A DNA stretch of 64,000 nt from positions 26,243-90,242 of the forward strand of contig JAGYJU010000018.1 of the NCBI GenBank assembly GCA_018401965.1. The letters run 5' to 3'. The notes beneath the pieces are model-generated. The model was not told the origin of the DNA. It worked only from the letters and a program-made list of their open reading frames with translations, and searched no databases. Shown piece by piece: positions 1 through 16,193 of the stretch. The stretch's first letter is position 1. Each line of letters begins with the position of its first letter. A program made the translations under genes and the position numbers. The stretch is from Roseicyclus sp. (GTDB lineage: Bacteria > Pseudomonadota > Alphaproteobacteria > Rhodobacterales > Rhodobacteraceae).

Positions 1-40
1 CGTGCAGGGCAAGCTTGTCGGTCTGATCCGGACCTATTGA
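1..40 (+). CDS. lexA: 3' end of SOS repressor LexA (partial)
   Basis: Frame from position 2 reads VQGKLVGLIRTY-stop, a typical alphaproteobacterial LexA C-terminus; lexA convergent with comEC next to gltX is a conserved synteny. Confidence 0.75.
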   Translation, partial: VQGKLVGLIRTY

Positions 41-56
41 ACGAATGGCTGCACTG

Positions 57-3752
<3,696 letters not shown>

Positions 3753-3870
3753 TGCCGGGGGCGGCCCGAACTCGACAGGGGTGCCCGCCAGCCTTGGCCC
3801 TGCGCCCTGACCAATTCCGCTACCCGCACCAAACCCGGTGCAGGCAGCCCACGCTGGAGAAGGGACGACC

Positions 3871-5166
3871 ATGGCTGACACGACCAGAACCGCCACCTTG
3901 ACGATTGACGGGCAGAGCTTCGATCTGCCCATTTATTCCCCGACGGCGGGCCCAGATGTCATCGACATCACCAAGCTTTATGGCAAGGCCGGCGTGTTCA
4001 CCCATGACCCGGGGTTCACCTCGACCTCGGCTTGCGAAAGCTCGATCACCTTCATCGACGGCGAAAAGGGTGAATTGCTGCACCGGGGCTACCCGATCGA
4101 CCAGCTGGCCGAGAAATCGCATTACCTCGAAGTCTGCTACCTCCTGCTCTACGGCGAATTGCCCTCTGCGGCCGAGCTGGAAAAATTCGAGCACACGATC
4201 ACCCATCACACGATGATCCATGAGCAGATGCACAATTTCTTCCGGGGTTTCCGGCGGGATGCGCATCCGATGGCCACCATGGTGGGCGTGGTCGGGGCGA
4301 TGTCGGCCTTCTACCATGACAGCACCGACATCAATGACGAACGCCAGCGCGAAATCGCGTCGCATCGCCTGATCGCCAAGATGCCGACGATCGCGGCCAT
4401 GGCCTATAAATATTCCATCGGCCAGCCCTTCGTCTATCCGCGCAACGATCTGGATTACGCGTCGAATTTCCTGCGCATGTGCTTTGCCGTGCCCGCGCAG
4501 GAATACGTGGTCGACCCGGTCCTGAGCCGCGCGATGGATCGCATCTTTACCCTGCATGCCGATCACGAACAGAACGCCTCGACCTCGACGGTGCGGCTTG
4601 CCTCGTCCTCGGGGGCCAACCCGTTCGCCTGCATCGCGGCGGGCATCGCCTGCCTTTGGGGCCCGGCGCATGGCGGCGCAAACCAGGCCTGCCTGGAAAT
4701 GCTCAAGGAAATCGGCACGCCCGACCGCATCCCCGAATTCATCGCCCGCGCCAAGGACAAGAACGACCCGTTCCGCCTGATGGGCTTTGGCCACCGGGTC
4801 TACAAGAACTTCGACCCGCGCGCGACGGTGATGAAGCAATCCGCCGACGAGGTGCTGGATCTGTTGGGCGTGGAAAACAACCCGCTGCTGCAGATCGCCA
4901 AGGAGCTGGAACGGATCGCGGTCCAGGACCCGTATTTCGTCGAGAAAAAGCTGTTCCCGAACGTCGATTTCTATTCGGGCATCATCCTCGAAGCGATGGG
5001 CTTCCCCACCTCGATGTTCACGCCGATCTTTGCGGTGTCGCGCACCGTTGGCTGGATTTCCCAGTGGAAAGAACAGCTTGCAGATCCGGCGATGAAAATC
5101 GGCCGCCCCCGCCAGCTCTATACCGGCGAAACGCTGCGCGACTACGTCGAGATCGAGAACCGCTGA
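3871..5166 (+). CDS. gltA: Citrate synthase (type II)
   Basis: [27 protein letters not shown] and PNVDFYSG motifs. Confidence 0.98.
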   Translation: MADTTRTATLTIDGQSFDLPIYSPTAGPDVIDITKLYGKAGVFTHDPGFTSTSACESSITFIDGEKGELLHRGYPIDQLAEKSHYLEVCYLLLYGELPSAAELEKFEHTITHHTMIHEQMHNFFRGFRRDAHPMATMVGVVGAMSAFYHDSTDINDERQREIASHRLIAKMPTIAAMAYKYSIGQPFVYPRNDLDYASNFLRMCFAVPAQEYVVDPVLSRAMDRIFTLHADHEQNASTSTVRLASSSGANPFACIAAGIACLWGPAHGGANQACLEMLKEIGTPDRIPEFIARAKDKNDPFRLMGFGHRVYKNFDPRATVMKQSADEVLDLLGVENNPLLQIAKELERIAVQDPYFVEKKLFPNVDFYSGIILEAMGFPTSMFTPIFAVSRTVGWISQWKEQLADPAMKIGRPRQLYTGETLRDYVEIENR

Positions 5167-5187
5167 TCCGACCCGCAAGACCCCAAG

Positions 5188-5214
5188 GGCCGCCCCAAGC
5201 CGGGCGGCCTTTTT
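5188..5214 (+). terminator. Rho-independent terminator after gltA
   Basis: GGCCGCCC/GGGCGGCC stem followed by TTTTT. Confidence 0.8.
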
Positions 5215-5223
5215 CGTTCCGCG

Positions 5224-5256
5224 CCTCTGCGTTTCGAAAATATCCCCGCCGGGGGC
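5224..5256 (+). repeat. Degenerate copy of the dispersed CTTC-core element (subtype C)
   Basis: CCTCTGCGTTTCGAAAATATCCC aligns without gaps to the 12688 and 36353 copies. Confidence 0.55.
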
Positions 5257-5313
5257 ATTGAAGTCTTGGCCCGGGCGGTCAAGTCTCGCCCGGCACTCGC
5301 CACAGGACGCACC

Positions 5314-6146
5314 ATGCCCGAAAAGATCATCATCGATACCGATCCCGGCCAGGATGACGCGGTGGCGATCCTTTTGGCGCTGGCCTCGCCCGAAGAGATC
5401 GAGCTTCTGGGCATCACGGCCGTGGCCGGCAACGTGCCGCTTGCCCTGACGCAGAAAAACGCCCGGATCGTCTGCGAATTGGCAGGTCGGCGCGACATCC
5501 GCGTCTTCGCGGGCTGTGACCGCCCCCTCGCCCATGCGCTTGTCACCGCCGAACATGTGCATGGCAAGACCGGCCTTGACGGCATCGCCCTGCCCGACCC
5601 GACCATGCCGCTGCAAGTCGCCACAGCCGTACGCCACCGCCCCGACATCATCTGACCAGTTCTGTGGAGTCGTGTTGATGGGCGGCGCCTGAGCCGACGT
5701 ACATGCCAGTTAACATCTATGTCGATCCCGAAGCAGCCGACATCGTGTTCAGATCCGGCGTGCCGATCACGGTCATGCCGCTGGATGTGACCCACAAGGT
5801 GCTGGCCACCCGCCCAAGGATCGATGCGATCCGCGATATCGACACCGACGTCGCGCATGCGGTGGCGGGCTGGACCGATTTCTTCGAACGCTTCGACATG
5901 GCGAAATACGGATCGCAGGGCGCGCCGCTGCATGATCCCTGTGTGATTGCCCGGCTGATCCGCCCCGCGCTGTTCCAGGGCCGCCAGGTCAATGTCGAGA
6001 TCGAAACCGCCTCTGCGCTGACACGCGGCATGACGGTGGCCGATTGGTGGGGCGTGACGGATCGACCGAAGAACGCCTTTTTCGTGGGCGATGCCGATGC
6101 CGACGGCGTCTTTGACCTTCTCATCGGGCGGCTTGCGCGGCTCTGA
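5314..6146 (+). pseudogene. Inosine/uridine-preferring nucleoside hydrolase, disrupted around 5615-5712 (pseudogene or assembly error)
   Basis: IIDTDPGQDDA N-terminal motif; NIYVDPEAA and PLHDP in the second ORF; the central part is shortened and scrambled. Confidence 0.8.
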
Positions 6147-6197
6147 CCCTTTTGCCGGGGCAAACTCGCCCTATCTCTGGGCAAAGGACATCGACCC

Positions 6198-7652
6198 ATG
6201 CCGAATGCGACCTCTGCCCATTTTCCCTTCGACAACAGCTATGCCCGGCTGCCCGACCGGTTTTTCACCCGTCAACCGCCCAGCCCGGTGACCGCACCGG
6301 GGCTTGTGGCGGTGAACCGCGCGCTGGCGGACCGGCTTGGGCTGACATTGCCGACGGATGAGGCAGAAACGGCCCGGATCTTTGCCGGAAACACCCTGCC
6401 TGCGGGCGCGGCCCCCTTGGCGCAGGTCTATGCAGGCCACCAGTTCGGCGGCTGGTCGCCGCAACTGGGCGATGGGCGCGCGGTGCTTCTGGGCGAGGTG
6501 GTGGCGCCCGATGGCGCGCGCTTCGACATCCAGCTCAAGGGAGCGGGCCCCACGCCCTATTCCCGCCGGGGCGATGGGCGCGCCTGGCTTGGCCCGGTCT
6601 TGCGCGAATACATCGTGTCCGAGGCCATGGCGGCGCTGAACATCCCCACCACCCGCGCGCTGGCCGCCGTCACCACGGGCGACATCGTGCAGCGCGACGG
6701 GTTCCTGCCCGGCGCGGTCTTCACCCGCGTTGCCGCCTCGCATATCCGGGTGGGCACGTTTCAATATTTCGCCGCCCGCAAGGATATCGAGGCGCTGCAG
6801 GCGCTGAGCGATCACTGCATCGCCCGGCATTTCCCACAGGCGCAGGGCCCGGCCGACCTGCTCGATGCCGTGATCGGCGCGCAGGCGCGGCTGATCGCGC
6901 AGTGGATGGGCGTGGGCTTCGTGCACGGGGTGATGAACACCGACAACATGACCATCTCGGGCGAGACGATCGATTACGGCCCCTGCGCCTTTCTCGATGC
7001 CTATCACCCGGACACGGTGTTTTCCTCGATCGACCAGTTCGGGCGCTACGCCTATGCCAACCAGCCGCAGATCGCGGTCTGGAACCTGGCGCAGCTGGCC
7101 ACGGCGCTTTTGACCCTGATCCCCGACCGCGAGGCCGGGATCGAGATGTTCACCGCCGCCGTGAACGGCTTTGCCGCCCGGTTCGATGCCGAATGGCACG
7201 GCGTCTTGCGCGCCAAGCTGGGCCTGGGCACGGCGCAGCCCGATGACCCTGCGCTGGCCTTTGACCTGCTGGCGCGGATGGCCGACAACGGCGCGGATTT
7301 CACCCGCAGCTTCCGCGCCCTGTCGGGCGCTGATCCGCGCCAGGCCCGCGATGAATTCATCGACCCGACCGCCTTCGATGCCTGGTTTGCCACCTGGCAG
7401 GACCGCCTGGCGCAAGAGGGCGCGGGTGACGCGGCGCGGCGCGCGCGGATGCAGGCCGTGAACCCCGCGCGCATCGCGCGCAATCACCGGGTCGAGCAGG
7501 TGATCGAGGCCGCGGTGGCAGGCGATCTTGCCCCGTTCGAAACGCTGATGGCCGCGCTCGCCCATCCCTTCGACGAGGATCCGGCCCATGCCGCCTATGC
7601 CGATCCGCCCCTCGACGGCGAACATGTGACCCGCACCTTTTGCGGCACCTGA
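6198..7652 (+). CDS. selO: Protein adenylyltransferase SelO/YdiU
   Basis: [28 protein letters not shown] and IDYGP motifs; C-terminal TFCGT. Confidence 0.95.
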   Translation: MPNATSAHFPFDNSYARLPDRFFTRQPPSPVTAPGLVAVNRALADRLGLTLPTDEAETARIFAGNTLPAGAAPLAQVYAGHQFGGWSPQLGDGRAVLLGEVVAPDGARFDIQLKGAGPTPYSRRGDGRAWLGPVLREYIVSEAMAALNIPTTRALAAVTTGDIVQRDGFLPGAVFTRVAASHIRVGTFQYFAARKDIEALQALSDHCIARHFPQAQGPADLLDAVIGAQARLIAQWMGVGFVHGVMNTDNMTISGETIDYGPCAFLDAYHPDTVFSSIDQFGRYAYANQPQIAVWNLAQLATALLTLIPDREAGIEMFTAAVNGFAARFDAEWHGVLRAKLGLGTAQPDDPALAFDLLARMADNGADFTRSFRALSGADPRQARDEFIDPTAFDAWFATWQDRLAQEGAGDAARRARMQAVNPARIARNHRVEQVIEAAVAGDLAPFETLMAALAHPFDEDPAHAAYADPPLDGEHVTRTFCGT

Positions 7653-7665
7653 ACCGGGCCCGCCC

Positions 7666-7690
7666 CTTCACCTTTCCCCAAATACGCAAA
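7666..7690 (+). repeat. Dispersed CTTC-core element (subtype A)
   Basis: CTTCACCTTTCCCCAAATACGCAAA; near-identical copies at 8284, 30319 and 53721. Confidence 0.85.
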
Positions 7691-7845
7691 TCCCGCCCCT
7701 CGGGGCCCGGCCCGACCGCAGCGGCGCCCTGCGCGCGGTGGCGGCAAAGTCGGGCTCGGGGGTGGCTCATGGCTTTTCTCGGGCCGCCAAATCGCCTAAA
7801 CCTACGCGCCACGGCGCCGAGCCACCCACAGCCGCGAGACAGGGC

Positions 7846-8259
7846 ATGACCGACACGATCGAAGGGCGTTGCGAGGCGCGGGGCCTGCGCATGACCGAAC
7901 AGCGCCGGGTGATCGCGCAGGTGTTGCAAGCCGCGACCGACCATCCCGATGTCGAGGAGCTCTACGCCCGCGCCAGCGCCCGCGACCCGCGCATTTCCAT
8001 CGCCACGGTCTATCGCACCGTCAAGCTCTTCGAGGAATCGGGCATCCTCGACCGGCTGGAATTCGGCGATGGCCGCGCCCGCTACGAGGATGCGGACCGC
8101 GACCACCACGACCACCTGATCGACATGAATTCCGGCGAGGTGATCGAATTCGTCGATCCCGAAATCGAGGCGCTGCAAGAGCGCATCGCGCAAAAGCTGG
8201 GCTATCGGCTCAAGGGGCACCGGCTGGAACTTTACGGCGTGCCGATCCGCAAACTCTGA
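7846..8259 (+). CDS. fur: Fur/Mur family transcriptional regulator
   Basis: RMTEQR, HPDVEE, SIATVYRT and HHDHLID motifs. Confidence 0.92.
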   Translation: MTDTIEGRCEARGLRMTEQRRVIAQVLQAATDHPDVEELYARASARDPRISIATVYRTVKLFEESGILDRLEFGDGRARYEDADRDHHDHLIDMNSGEVIEFVDPEIEALQERIAQKLGYRLKGHRLELYGVPIRKL

Positions 8260-8283
8260 CATCCGGGCCGTGGCGCGGCCGGG

Positions 8284-8308
8284 TTTGCGTATTTGTGGAA
8301 AGGTGAAG
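8284..8308 (-). repeat. Dispersed CTTC-core element (subtype A)
   Basis: Reverse complement CTTCACCTTTCCACAAATACGCAAA, 24/25 identical to the 7666 copy. Confidence 0.85.
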
Positions 8309-8383
8309 CGACAGGGCTTGGCGCTTTCCCTGCCCGCGCGCGCAAGCTAAGCCGGACGGGATCGGGCACAGGGGGCGGGCAGA

Positions 8384-9274
8384 ATGGACAATCTCAAGGG
8401 CATGGCCTGGATGGTGCTGGCCATGCTGGCCTTTGCGCTGACCGACATGGTGCTGGTCTTTGCCACCCGCGCGCTTCCGGTGGGCCAGGTCCTGTTCCTG
8501 TTCGGCACCGGCGGCGCGGTCCTGTTCGGGATCTGGGCGGGGATGCAGGGGCATCGCTGGATCAGCCCGGTGCTGTTGATGCGGCCCGTGATGGTCCGAA
8601 ACGGGGCCGAGGTTCTGGCCACGGTCAGTTTCGTCTTTGCCCTGTCGCTGATCCCCTTGTCGACCCTGTCGGCGGTGATCCAGGCCAACCCGCTTCTGGT
8701 GACGCTGGGGGCGGCGCTGTTTCTGGGGGAAAAGGTCGGCTGGCGGCGTTGGCTGGCGATCTGCATCGGCCTGTTCGGGGTGTTGTTGATCGTGCAACCC
8801 GGCGCAGACGGGTTTGACCCCAACATCCTGTTCGCCGTGGCCGCCGCGATCGGCCTGTCGCTGCGCGACCTGGCGACGCGGCCCGTGCCGCGCGATGTGC
8901 CCACCACGCTTCTGGCCAGCTACAGCTTTGCCGCCGTGGGCCTTGCGGGGCTGGCCGTGATGCCGCTTGCGGGCGGCTGGGTCACACCCGCGCCCGCCAT
9001 GGCGCTGATCATTCCGGGCGGCGTGATGATGGGCATGGTCGCCTATTTCGCCATCACCGCCGCGATGCGGGTGGGCGAGATCGCGGTGGTGACCCCGATG
9101 CGCTATTCGCGGCTGGTCTTTGCCTTTGTCATCGCGCTGGTGGTGTTCGACGAAACGCTCGACGCCCTGACGCTGCTGGGGGTGGCGATCGTGATCGCCA
9201 CCGGGCTGTACAGCCTGTGGCGCGAACGGCGCGCGCGCCCCGCACGTCCGGATGCGCCGCCTGCTGCGCCTTGA
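8384..9274 (+). CDS. DMT/EamA family transporter
   Basis: About 10 hydrophobic segments; LGEKVGWRRW and P.RYSRL motifs. Confidence 0.85.
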   Translation: MDNLKGMAWMVLAMLAFALTDMVLVFATRALPVGQVLFLFGTGGAVLFGIWAGMQGHRWISPVLLMRPVMVRNGAEVLATVSFVFALSLIPLSTLSAVIQANPLLVTLGAALFLGEKVGWRRWLAICIGLFGVLLIVQPGADGFDPNILFAVAAAIGLSLRDLATRPVPRDVPTTLLASYSFAAVGLAGLAVMPLAGGWVTPAPAMALIIPGGVMMGMVAYFAITAAMRVGEIAVVTPMRYSRLVFAFVIALVVFDETLDALTLLGVAIVIATGLYSLWRERRARPARPDAPPAAP

Positions 9275-9321
9275 CCCTTCGCTTGCCGCGCGCGCCTTGC
9301 TATAGAGCGCGCACCATCTGA

Positions 9322-11284
<1,963 letters not shown>

Positions 11285-11288
<4 letters not shown>

Positions 11289-11704
11289 CCGCAGACCAGA
11301 TCATCGCCCACCTGGGGCTTTTGCCCCATCCCGAAGGCGGATTTTACCGCCAGACATGGGCAGATACCACAGAAGGCCGCCCGAGTGGCACCTGCATCTA
11401 CTTCCTGCTCAAGGCCGGACAAGCCAGCCATTGGCACAAGGTCGACGCCACCGAGATCTGGCTCTACCACGCGGGCGCGCCGCTGATCCTGTCGCTGGCC
11501 GCCAGCGATCTCGGCCCGGCCACAGATCACCTGCTCACCCCCGACCTGGCCCGGGGCGCGCCGCAAATCATCGTGCCCCAAGACCATTGGCAGGCCGCGC
11601 GCACGACGGGCGCCTACACGCTCGTGTCCTGCACCGTGTCGCCCGGATTTCGGTTCGAGGGCTTTACCCTGGCCCCCGAGGGGTTCGACATCCCGCGCGG
11701 CTGA
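11285..11704 (+). CDS. Cupin (DUF985/Cupin_5) protein
   Basis: L.PHPEGGFY, IYFLL, SHWH and SCTVSPGF motifs; GTG start overlapping the upstream stop. Confidence 0.85.
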
Positions 11705-11779
11705 TCCATCACGGATGCTGATGGGCCCCATCGCCATTTCGCGCTACCCGGCCCGCGCGCCATCGGCTAGGGCTGGCGC

Positions 11780-12679
11780 ATGACGACACCAGCCCCCCAG
11801 ACCGGCGACACCCGCGCAGGCTTTGCCTTTGCCGTCATGGCCTACCTGATGTGGGGGTTCCTGCCCTTGTACATGAAGGCGCTGGCCCATGTGCCGGCGC
11901 TGGAAATCATCGCGCATCGCATCTTGTGGTCGGTGCCCGTCGCGGGGCTGATCCTGATCGTGCTGGGGCGCACCGGCGACGTGGCGCGCGCGCTCAGGAC
12001 GCCACGCATGGTCGGGATGGCGGCGGTGACGGCCACGCTGATCTCGATCAACTGGGGCGTCTATGTCTGGGCCATCGCCAATGACCGGGCGCTGGATGCG
12101 GCCCTTGGCTATTACATCAACCCGCTGTTTTCCGTGGCGCTTGGCGCCGTGATCCTGCGCGAGGGGCTGGCGCCGGCGCAATGGGTCGCGGTCGGGCTTG
12201 CGGCCATCGCGGTCGCCATCCTGACCCTGTCGGCCGGGGTGGTGCCCTGGGTGGCGCTGATCTTGATGACGACCTTTGGCCTCTACGGCTTCCTGCGCAA
12301 GACCCTGCCCATCGGCCCGAACCAGGGCTTCCTGCTCGAGGTGCTGCTGCTCTCGCCACCGGCACTGGCCTGGCTGCTCTGGCTCGGGCCCTCCGGCCAG
12401 ATCATCGCCGGAAGCTGGACCGATATCGCCCTGTTGCTCGGCACGGGCGCGGTGACCGCCATCCCCCTGATGCTCTATGCCAATGGCGCCAAGGGGCTGA
12501 AGCTGTCGACCATCGGCATCTTGCAATACATCGCGCCGACGATGATCTTCCTGATCGCGGTCTTCGTCTTCGACGAACCCTTCGGCCCGGCGCGCGCGCT
12601 GGCCTTTCCGCTGATCTGGGCGGCGCTGATCCTCTACACCGCGTCGATGATCCGCAGCGCGCGTACCGCCCGCGCCTGA
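11780..12679 (+). CDS. rarD: RarD family EamA transporter
   Basis: WGFLPLY, HRILWS, LGYYINP and LQYIAPT motifs. Confidence 0.9.
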   Translation: MTTPAPQTGDTRAGFAFAVMAYLMWGFLPLYMKALAHVPALEIIAHRILWSVPVAGLILIVLGRTGDVARALRTPRMVGMAAVTATLISINWGVYVWAIANDRALDAALGYYINPLFSVALGAVILREGLAPAQWVAVGLAAIAVAILTLSAGVVPWVALILMTTFGLYGFLRKTLPIGPNQGFLLEVLLLSPPALAWLLWLGPSGQIIAGSWTDIALLLGTGAVTAIPLMLYANGAKGLKLSTIGILQYIAPTMIFLIAVFVFDEPFGPARALAFPLIWAALILYTASMIRSARTARA

Positions 12680-12687
12680 CCCATCCC

Positions 12688-12735
12688 CTTCTCCGTTTCC
12701 CAAATATCCCGGGGGTTTGGGGGCAGCGCCCCCAA
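12688..12735 (+). repeat. Dispersed CTTC-core element (subtype C) with GGGGGCAGCGCCCCC hairpin
   Basis: CTTCTCCGTTTCCCAAATATCCCGGGGG...TTGGGGGCAGCGCCCCCAA; similar to the 36353 copy. Confidence 0.8.
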
Positions 12736-12740
12736 GCGAT

Positions 12741-13859
12741 CTAGCGCCGCGTCACCCGGCCCCCGCCAACGGGTGCGGCCACGCCGGTCGTCCCCGGCGC
12801 CGAGGTCGGCAGACCGAGAAGCACCCGCATCGCCAGGTAGCCAAAGGCCTGCGCTTCCAGGAAATCACCGTCGAGCCCGACATCTTCGACCGGTGCGACC
12901 GGACAGGGCAGCGCCTTGGCCAACATCGCCATCAGGCCGGGGTTCTGCCGCCCGCCGCCGGTGACCAGCACCTGTTCGGGCAGCTGAGGCAGGTGGTCCA
13001 TGCCCCGCGCCACCGCCGCCACGCCACAGGCCGCCAGCGTCGCGACCGCATCGGCATCCGACAGCCCCGCCACCTGCCCCGCCAGCGCCGCAAAAGCGTC
13101 GCGATCCAGCGATTTGGGCGGTATCCGGGCGAAATACACATCCCGCAGGAAGGCCGCGACCACCGCGTCATCGGCCCGGCCCGCGCAGGTCAGCGCCCCG
13201 TCGCGGTCAAAGCGGTCGCCGCGCCGCGCGCGGATCAGGTCATCGATCGGCGCATTGGCGGGCCCGGTGTCAAAGGCAAGGCAGGCGCCGGGCAGATCGG
13301 GGCGATCCAGCCGGGGATCGACCAGCGTGATATTGCCCACGCCGCCCAGGTTCAGAAAGGCCACCGGCCGCTCTGCCCCGATATGGCGGGCCAGGGCCCA
13401 ATGGAAAAAGGGCGCAAGCGGCGCGCCCTGCCCGCCCAGGGCCATGTCGTTCGAGCGGAAATCCCACACGGTGGTCAGCCCGGTTTCCGCCGCGATGCGG
13501 GCGCCATCACCCGCCTGGTGGGTGCGCCCCCGCGCGGGGTCATGGGCCAGGGTCTGGCCGTGAAAGCCGAAGGCGCGCGCGCCATCCATCCCCGCGAAAG
13601 CCGCGATATGGGCGTCTTCGACCACAAGCGCGGCCTCGGCCACGCCCGGCTCCCCTGGCCAACGACCAAGCGCCGCGCGGATCACCGCGCGCTCCTCCTC
13701 GCAATAGGGGCGATAGCGGGTGTCGCCAAAGCCCGCGATGGTCACGCCATCGGTCTGGATCACGGCCAGGTCGACGCCATCCATCGAGGTGCCCGACATG
13801 GCGCCCACCACCCAGACCGGACCCGCGCGGTCCAGCACCCTGTCGCTCTTTCCCTTCAC
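12741..13859 (-). CDS. anmK: Anhydro-N-acetylmuramic acid kinase (start may be GTG at 13838)
   Basis: [30 protein letters not shown] and EAQAF motifs; divergent from tyrS. Confidence 0.95.
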   Translation of the reverse strand: MKGKSDRVLDRAGPVWVVGAMSGTSMDGVDLAVIQTDGVTIAGFGDTRYRPYCEEERAVIRAALGRWPGEPGVAEAALVVEDAHIAAFAGMDGARAFGFHGQTLAHDPARGRTHQAGDGARIAAETGLTTVWDFRSNDMALGGQGAPLAPFFHWALARHIGAERPVAFLNLGGVGNITLVDPRLDRPDLPGACLAFDTGPANAPIDDLIRARRGDRFDRDGALTCAGRADDAVVAAFLRDVYFARIPPKSLDRDAFAALAGQVAGLSDADAVATLAACGVAAVARGMDHLPQLPEQVLVTGGGRQNPGLMAMLAKALPCPVAPVEDVGLDGDFLEAQAFGYLAMRVLLGLPTSAPGTTGVAAPVGGGRVTRR

Positions 13860-13911
13860 GCGCCCGCCCGCTATAGCCCGTTACAACACCCCAAGCATGG
13901 ACCGGAGCCCC

Positions 13912-15200
13912 ATGACCTACCAGCCCAAATCGGATTTCCTGCGCACCATCATCGCGCGCGGGTTCCTGGCCGACTGCACCGACCTGCAGGGCCTTGACGA
14001 CGCGCTGATCGAGGGGCCGGTCACCTGTTACATCGGCTATGACGCCACGGCGAAATCGTTGCATGTGGGGCACCTGCTCAACGTCATGCTGCTGCGCTGG
14101 TGGCAAAAGACCGGCAACCGCCCGATCACCCTGATGGGCGGCGGCACCACCAAGGTGGGCGATCCCAGTTTCCGCGCCGATGAACGCCCGCTTCTCACCG
14201 CCGAGCAGATCGACGCCAATATCGCCGGCATGCAGCGGGTCTTCGACCGCTACCTGGCCTATGGCGAGGGCCAGACCCTGCCCTCAAGCAGCGAAGCGAT
14301 CGGGCCGGAAACGCATGCGCTGATGCTCAACAATGCCGAATGGCTGGATCAGTTGAACTACCTCGAATTCCTGCGCGACATCGGGCGGCATTTCTCGGTC
14401 AACCGGATGCTGTCCTTTGAATCGGTGAAATCGCGGCTGGACCGGGAACAAAGCCTGTCCTTCCTCGAATTCAACTACATGATCCTGCAAGCCTATGATT
14501 TCCTTGAACTGTATCGCCGTGAAACCTGCATCCTGCAGATGGGCGGATCGGATCAATGGGGCAATATCGTCAATGGCATCGACCTGACGCGCCGGGTGGT
14601 CGATGCACAGATCTTCGGGCTGACCACGCCGCTTCTGACCACCTCGGACGGGCGCAAGATGGGCAAAAGCCAGGGCGGCGCGATCTGGCTCGATGCCGAG
14701 ATGCTGAGCCCGTATGAATTCTGGCAATTCTGGCGCAACACAACCGATGCCGATGTGGGCCGCTTCCTCAAGCTTTACACCGAATTGCCGGTGGCAGAAT
14801 GTGACCGGCTGGGCGCGCTGGAAGGTGCGGCCATCAACGAGGGCAAGATCATCCTGGCCCGCGAGGTCACGACCCTGTTGCACGGGGCGGACGCCGCCGC
14901 CGCCGCAGAGGCCACGGCGCGCGAGGTGTTCGAACATGGCGGCGCGGGCGATGACCTGCCGACGCTGACCCTGACCGCGGCAGAGGTCGCCGACGGCATT
15001 TCCGTGGCCCAACTGATCACCCGGTCGGGCCTTGCGGGATCGGGCAAGGAGGCCAAGCGCCTGATCGCGGAAGGCGGGGCAAAGGTGAACGACGCGCCCT
15101 GACCGATGCCGGGCTGATGATCACCGCCGCAGACCTGGCGCAGCCGATCAAGCTGTCGGCGGGGAAAAAGCGCCACGCGCTGGTGGTGTTGCAGGCTTAA
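13912..15200 (+). CDS. tyrS: Tyrosine--tRNA ligase (frameshift near 15097-15099)
   Basis: [23 protein letters not shown] and KMGKS; the S4 tail LSAGKKRH lies in the shifted frame ending at TAA 15200. Confidence 0.96.
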
Positions 15201-15236
15201 CCAGATCTTAGGATCGGGCGGCCCATACTGCCGCCC

Positions 15237-16193
15237 ATGATCCAGCCGACCGCCCACCTGCCCCTGCTGCCCTTGCAGCAATCACGGCTCTACCAGGCCG
15301 CGCTGACCCGGATCGGCGCGGATGCGCGCCTACAGCCCTTTGCCGGCAGGCGGGCCGTGGTGCTCTGGCGCGCCGTGCCGGGATTGGGGCGGGTTGCGCT
15401 GTTGTCGCGCCCGGCGCTCGACCCTGCGCGGGATCTGACCGATGCGCGTCGGGATCTGGGGGCACAGGTCTTGATCGTGAACGCCGACACATCCCGTGAC
15501 TCGGGCCGTGACGCTGGCCATGACGCGGACCATCTGCACCGTGCGGGGTTCGTGCGGCTGGCCCCGCCCCGGGCCATCGCCGTGCTGTCGCTTGCGGGAT
15601 CCTGCGAGGATTGGCTGGCGCGGATGGATGGCAAATGGCGCAACCGGCTGCGCCATGCACACCGTCGGGGGCTTTCGGTCACGCACAAGCCCCTGCCCCC
15701 GGACCCCCGGCATTGGCTGTTTTTCAAGGATGCCGATCAACAGGCGGCGCGGGGATATCGCGCCCTGCCACCGGCGCTGATTGCCGCGATGGCGGGGCAT
15801 GACCCACAGGCGCTGCGCCTGGTGAGCGCCCGCCAAGACGGGCAAACCATCGCCGCCATGCTGTTTGCCTGCCATGGCGGCACGGCCAGCTACCTGGTCG
15901 GCTGGACCAGTGACGCGGGGCGCGCGCAGTCGGCCCACAACCTGATCCTGTGGCAGGCTATGGGCGATCTTGCGGCGCTTGGCATCGGCTGGATCGACCT
16001 TGGCCTCTGCGACGCCCGGACCACGCCGGGCCTTGCGCGGTTCAAACTGGAAAGCGGCGCGCGGCTGCGCCTGCTGGGCGGCACATGGGGTGCGGCCGCG
16101 ATCACCGCGCCGCTGCATGCTATCCTGCGCCGCCTGCGCGCTACCCCGCCACCGCCCGCAACAGGCGCGCGCGGCCCGGTGGCACCGCGCTGA
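15237..16193 (+). CDS. GNAT/FemAB-like acyltransferase
   Basis: KWRNRLR, SAHNLILW, DLG and PGLARFK motifs typical of Acetyltransf_6/FemAB-like proteins. Confidence 0.7.
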   Translation: MIQPTAHLPLLPLQQSRLYQAALTRIGADARLQPFAGRRAVVLWRAVPGLGRVALLSRPALDPARDLTDARRDLGAQVLIVNADTSRDSGRDAGHDADHLHRAGFVRLAPPRAIAVLSLAGSCEDWLARMDGKWRNRLRHAHRRGLSVTHKPLPPDPRHWLFFKDADQQAARGYRALPPALIAAMAGHDPQALRLVSARQDGQTIAAMLFACHGGTASYLVGWTSDAGRAQSAHNLILWQAMGDLAALGIGWIDLGLCDARTTPGLARFKLESGARLRLLGGTWGAAAITAPLHAILRRLRATPPPPATGARGPVAPR

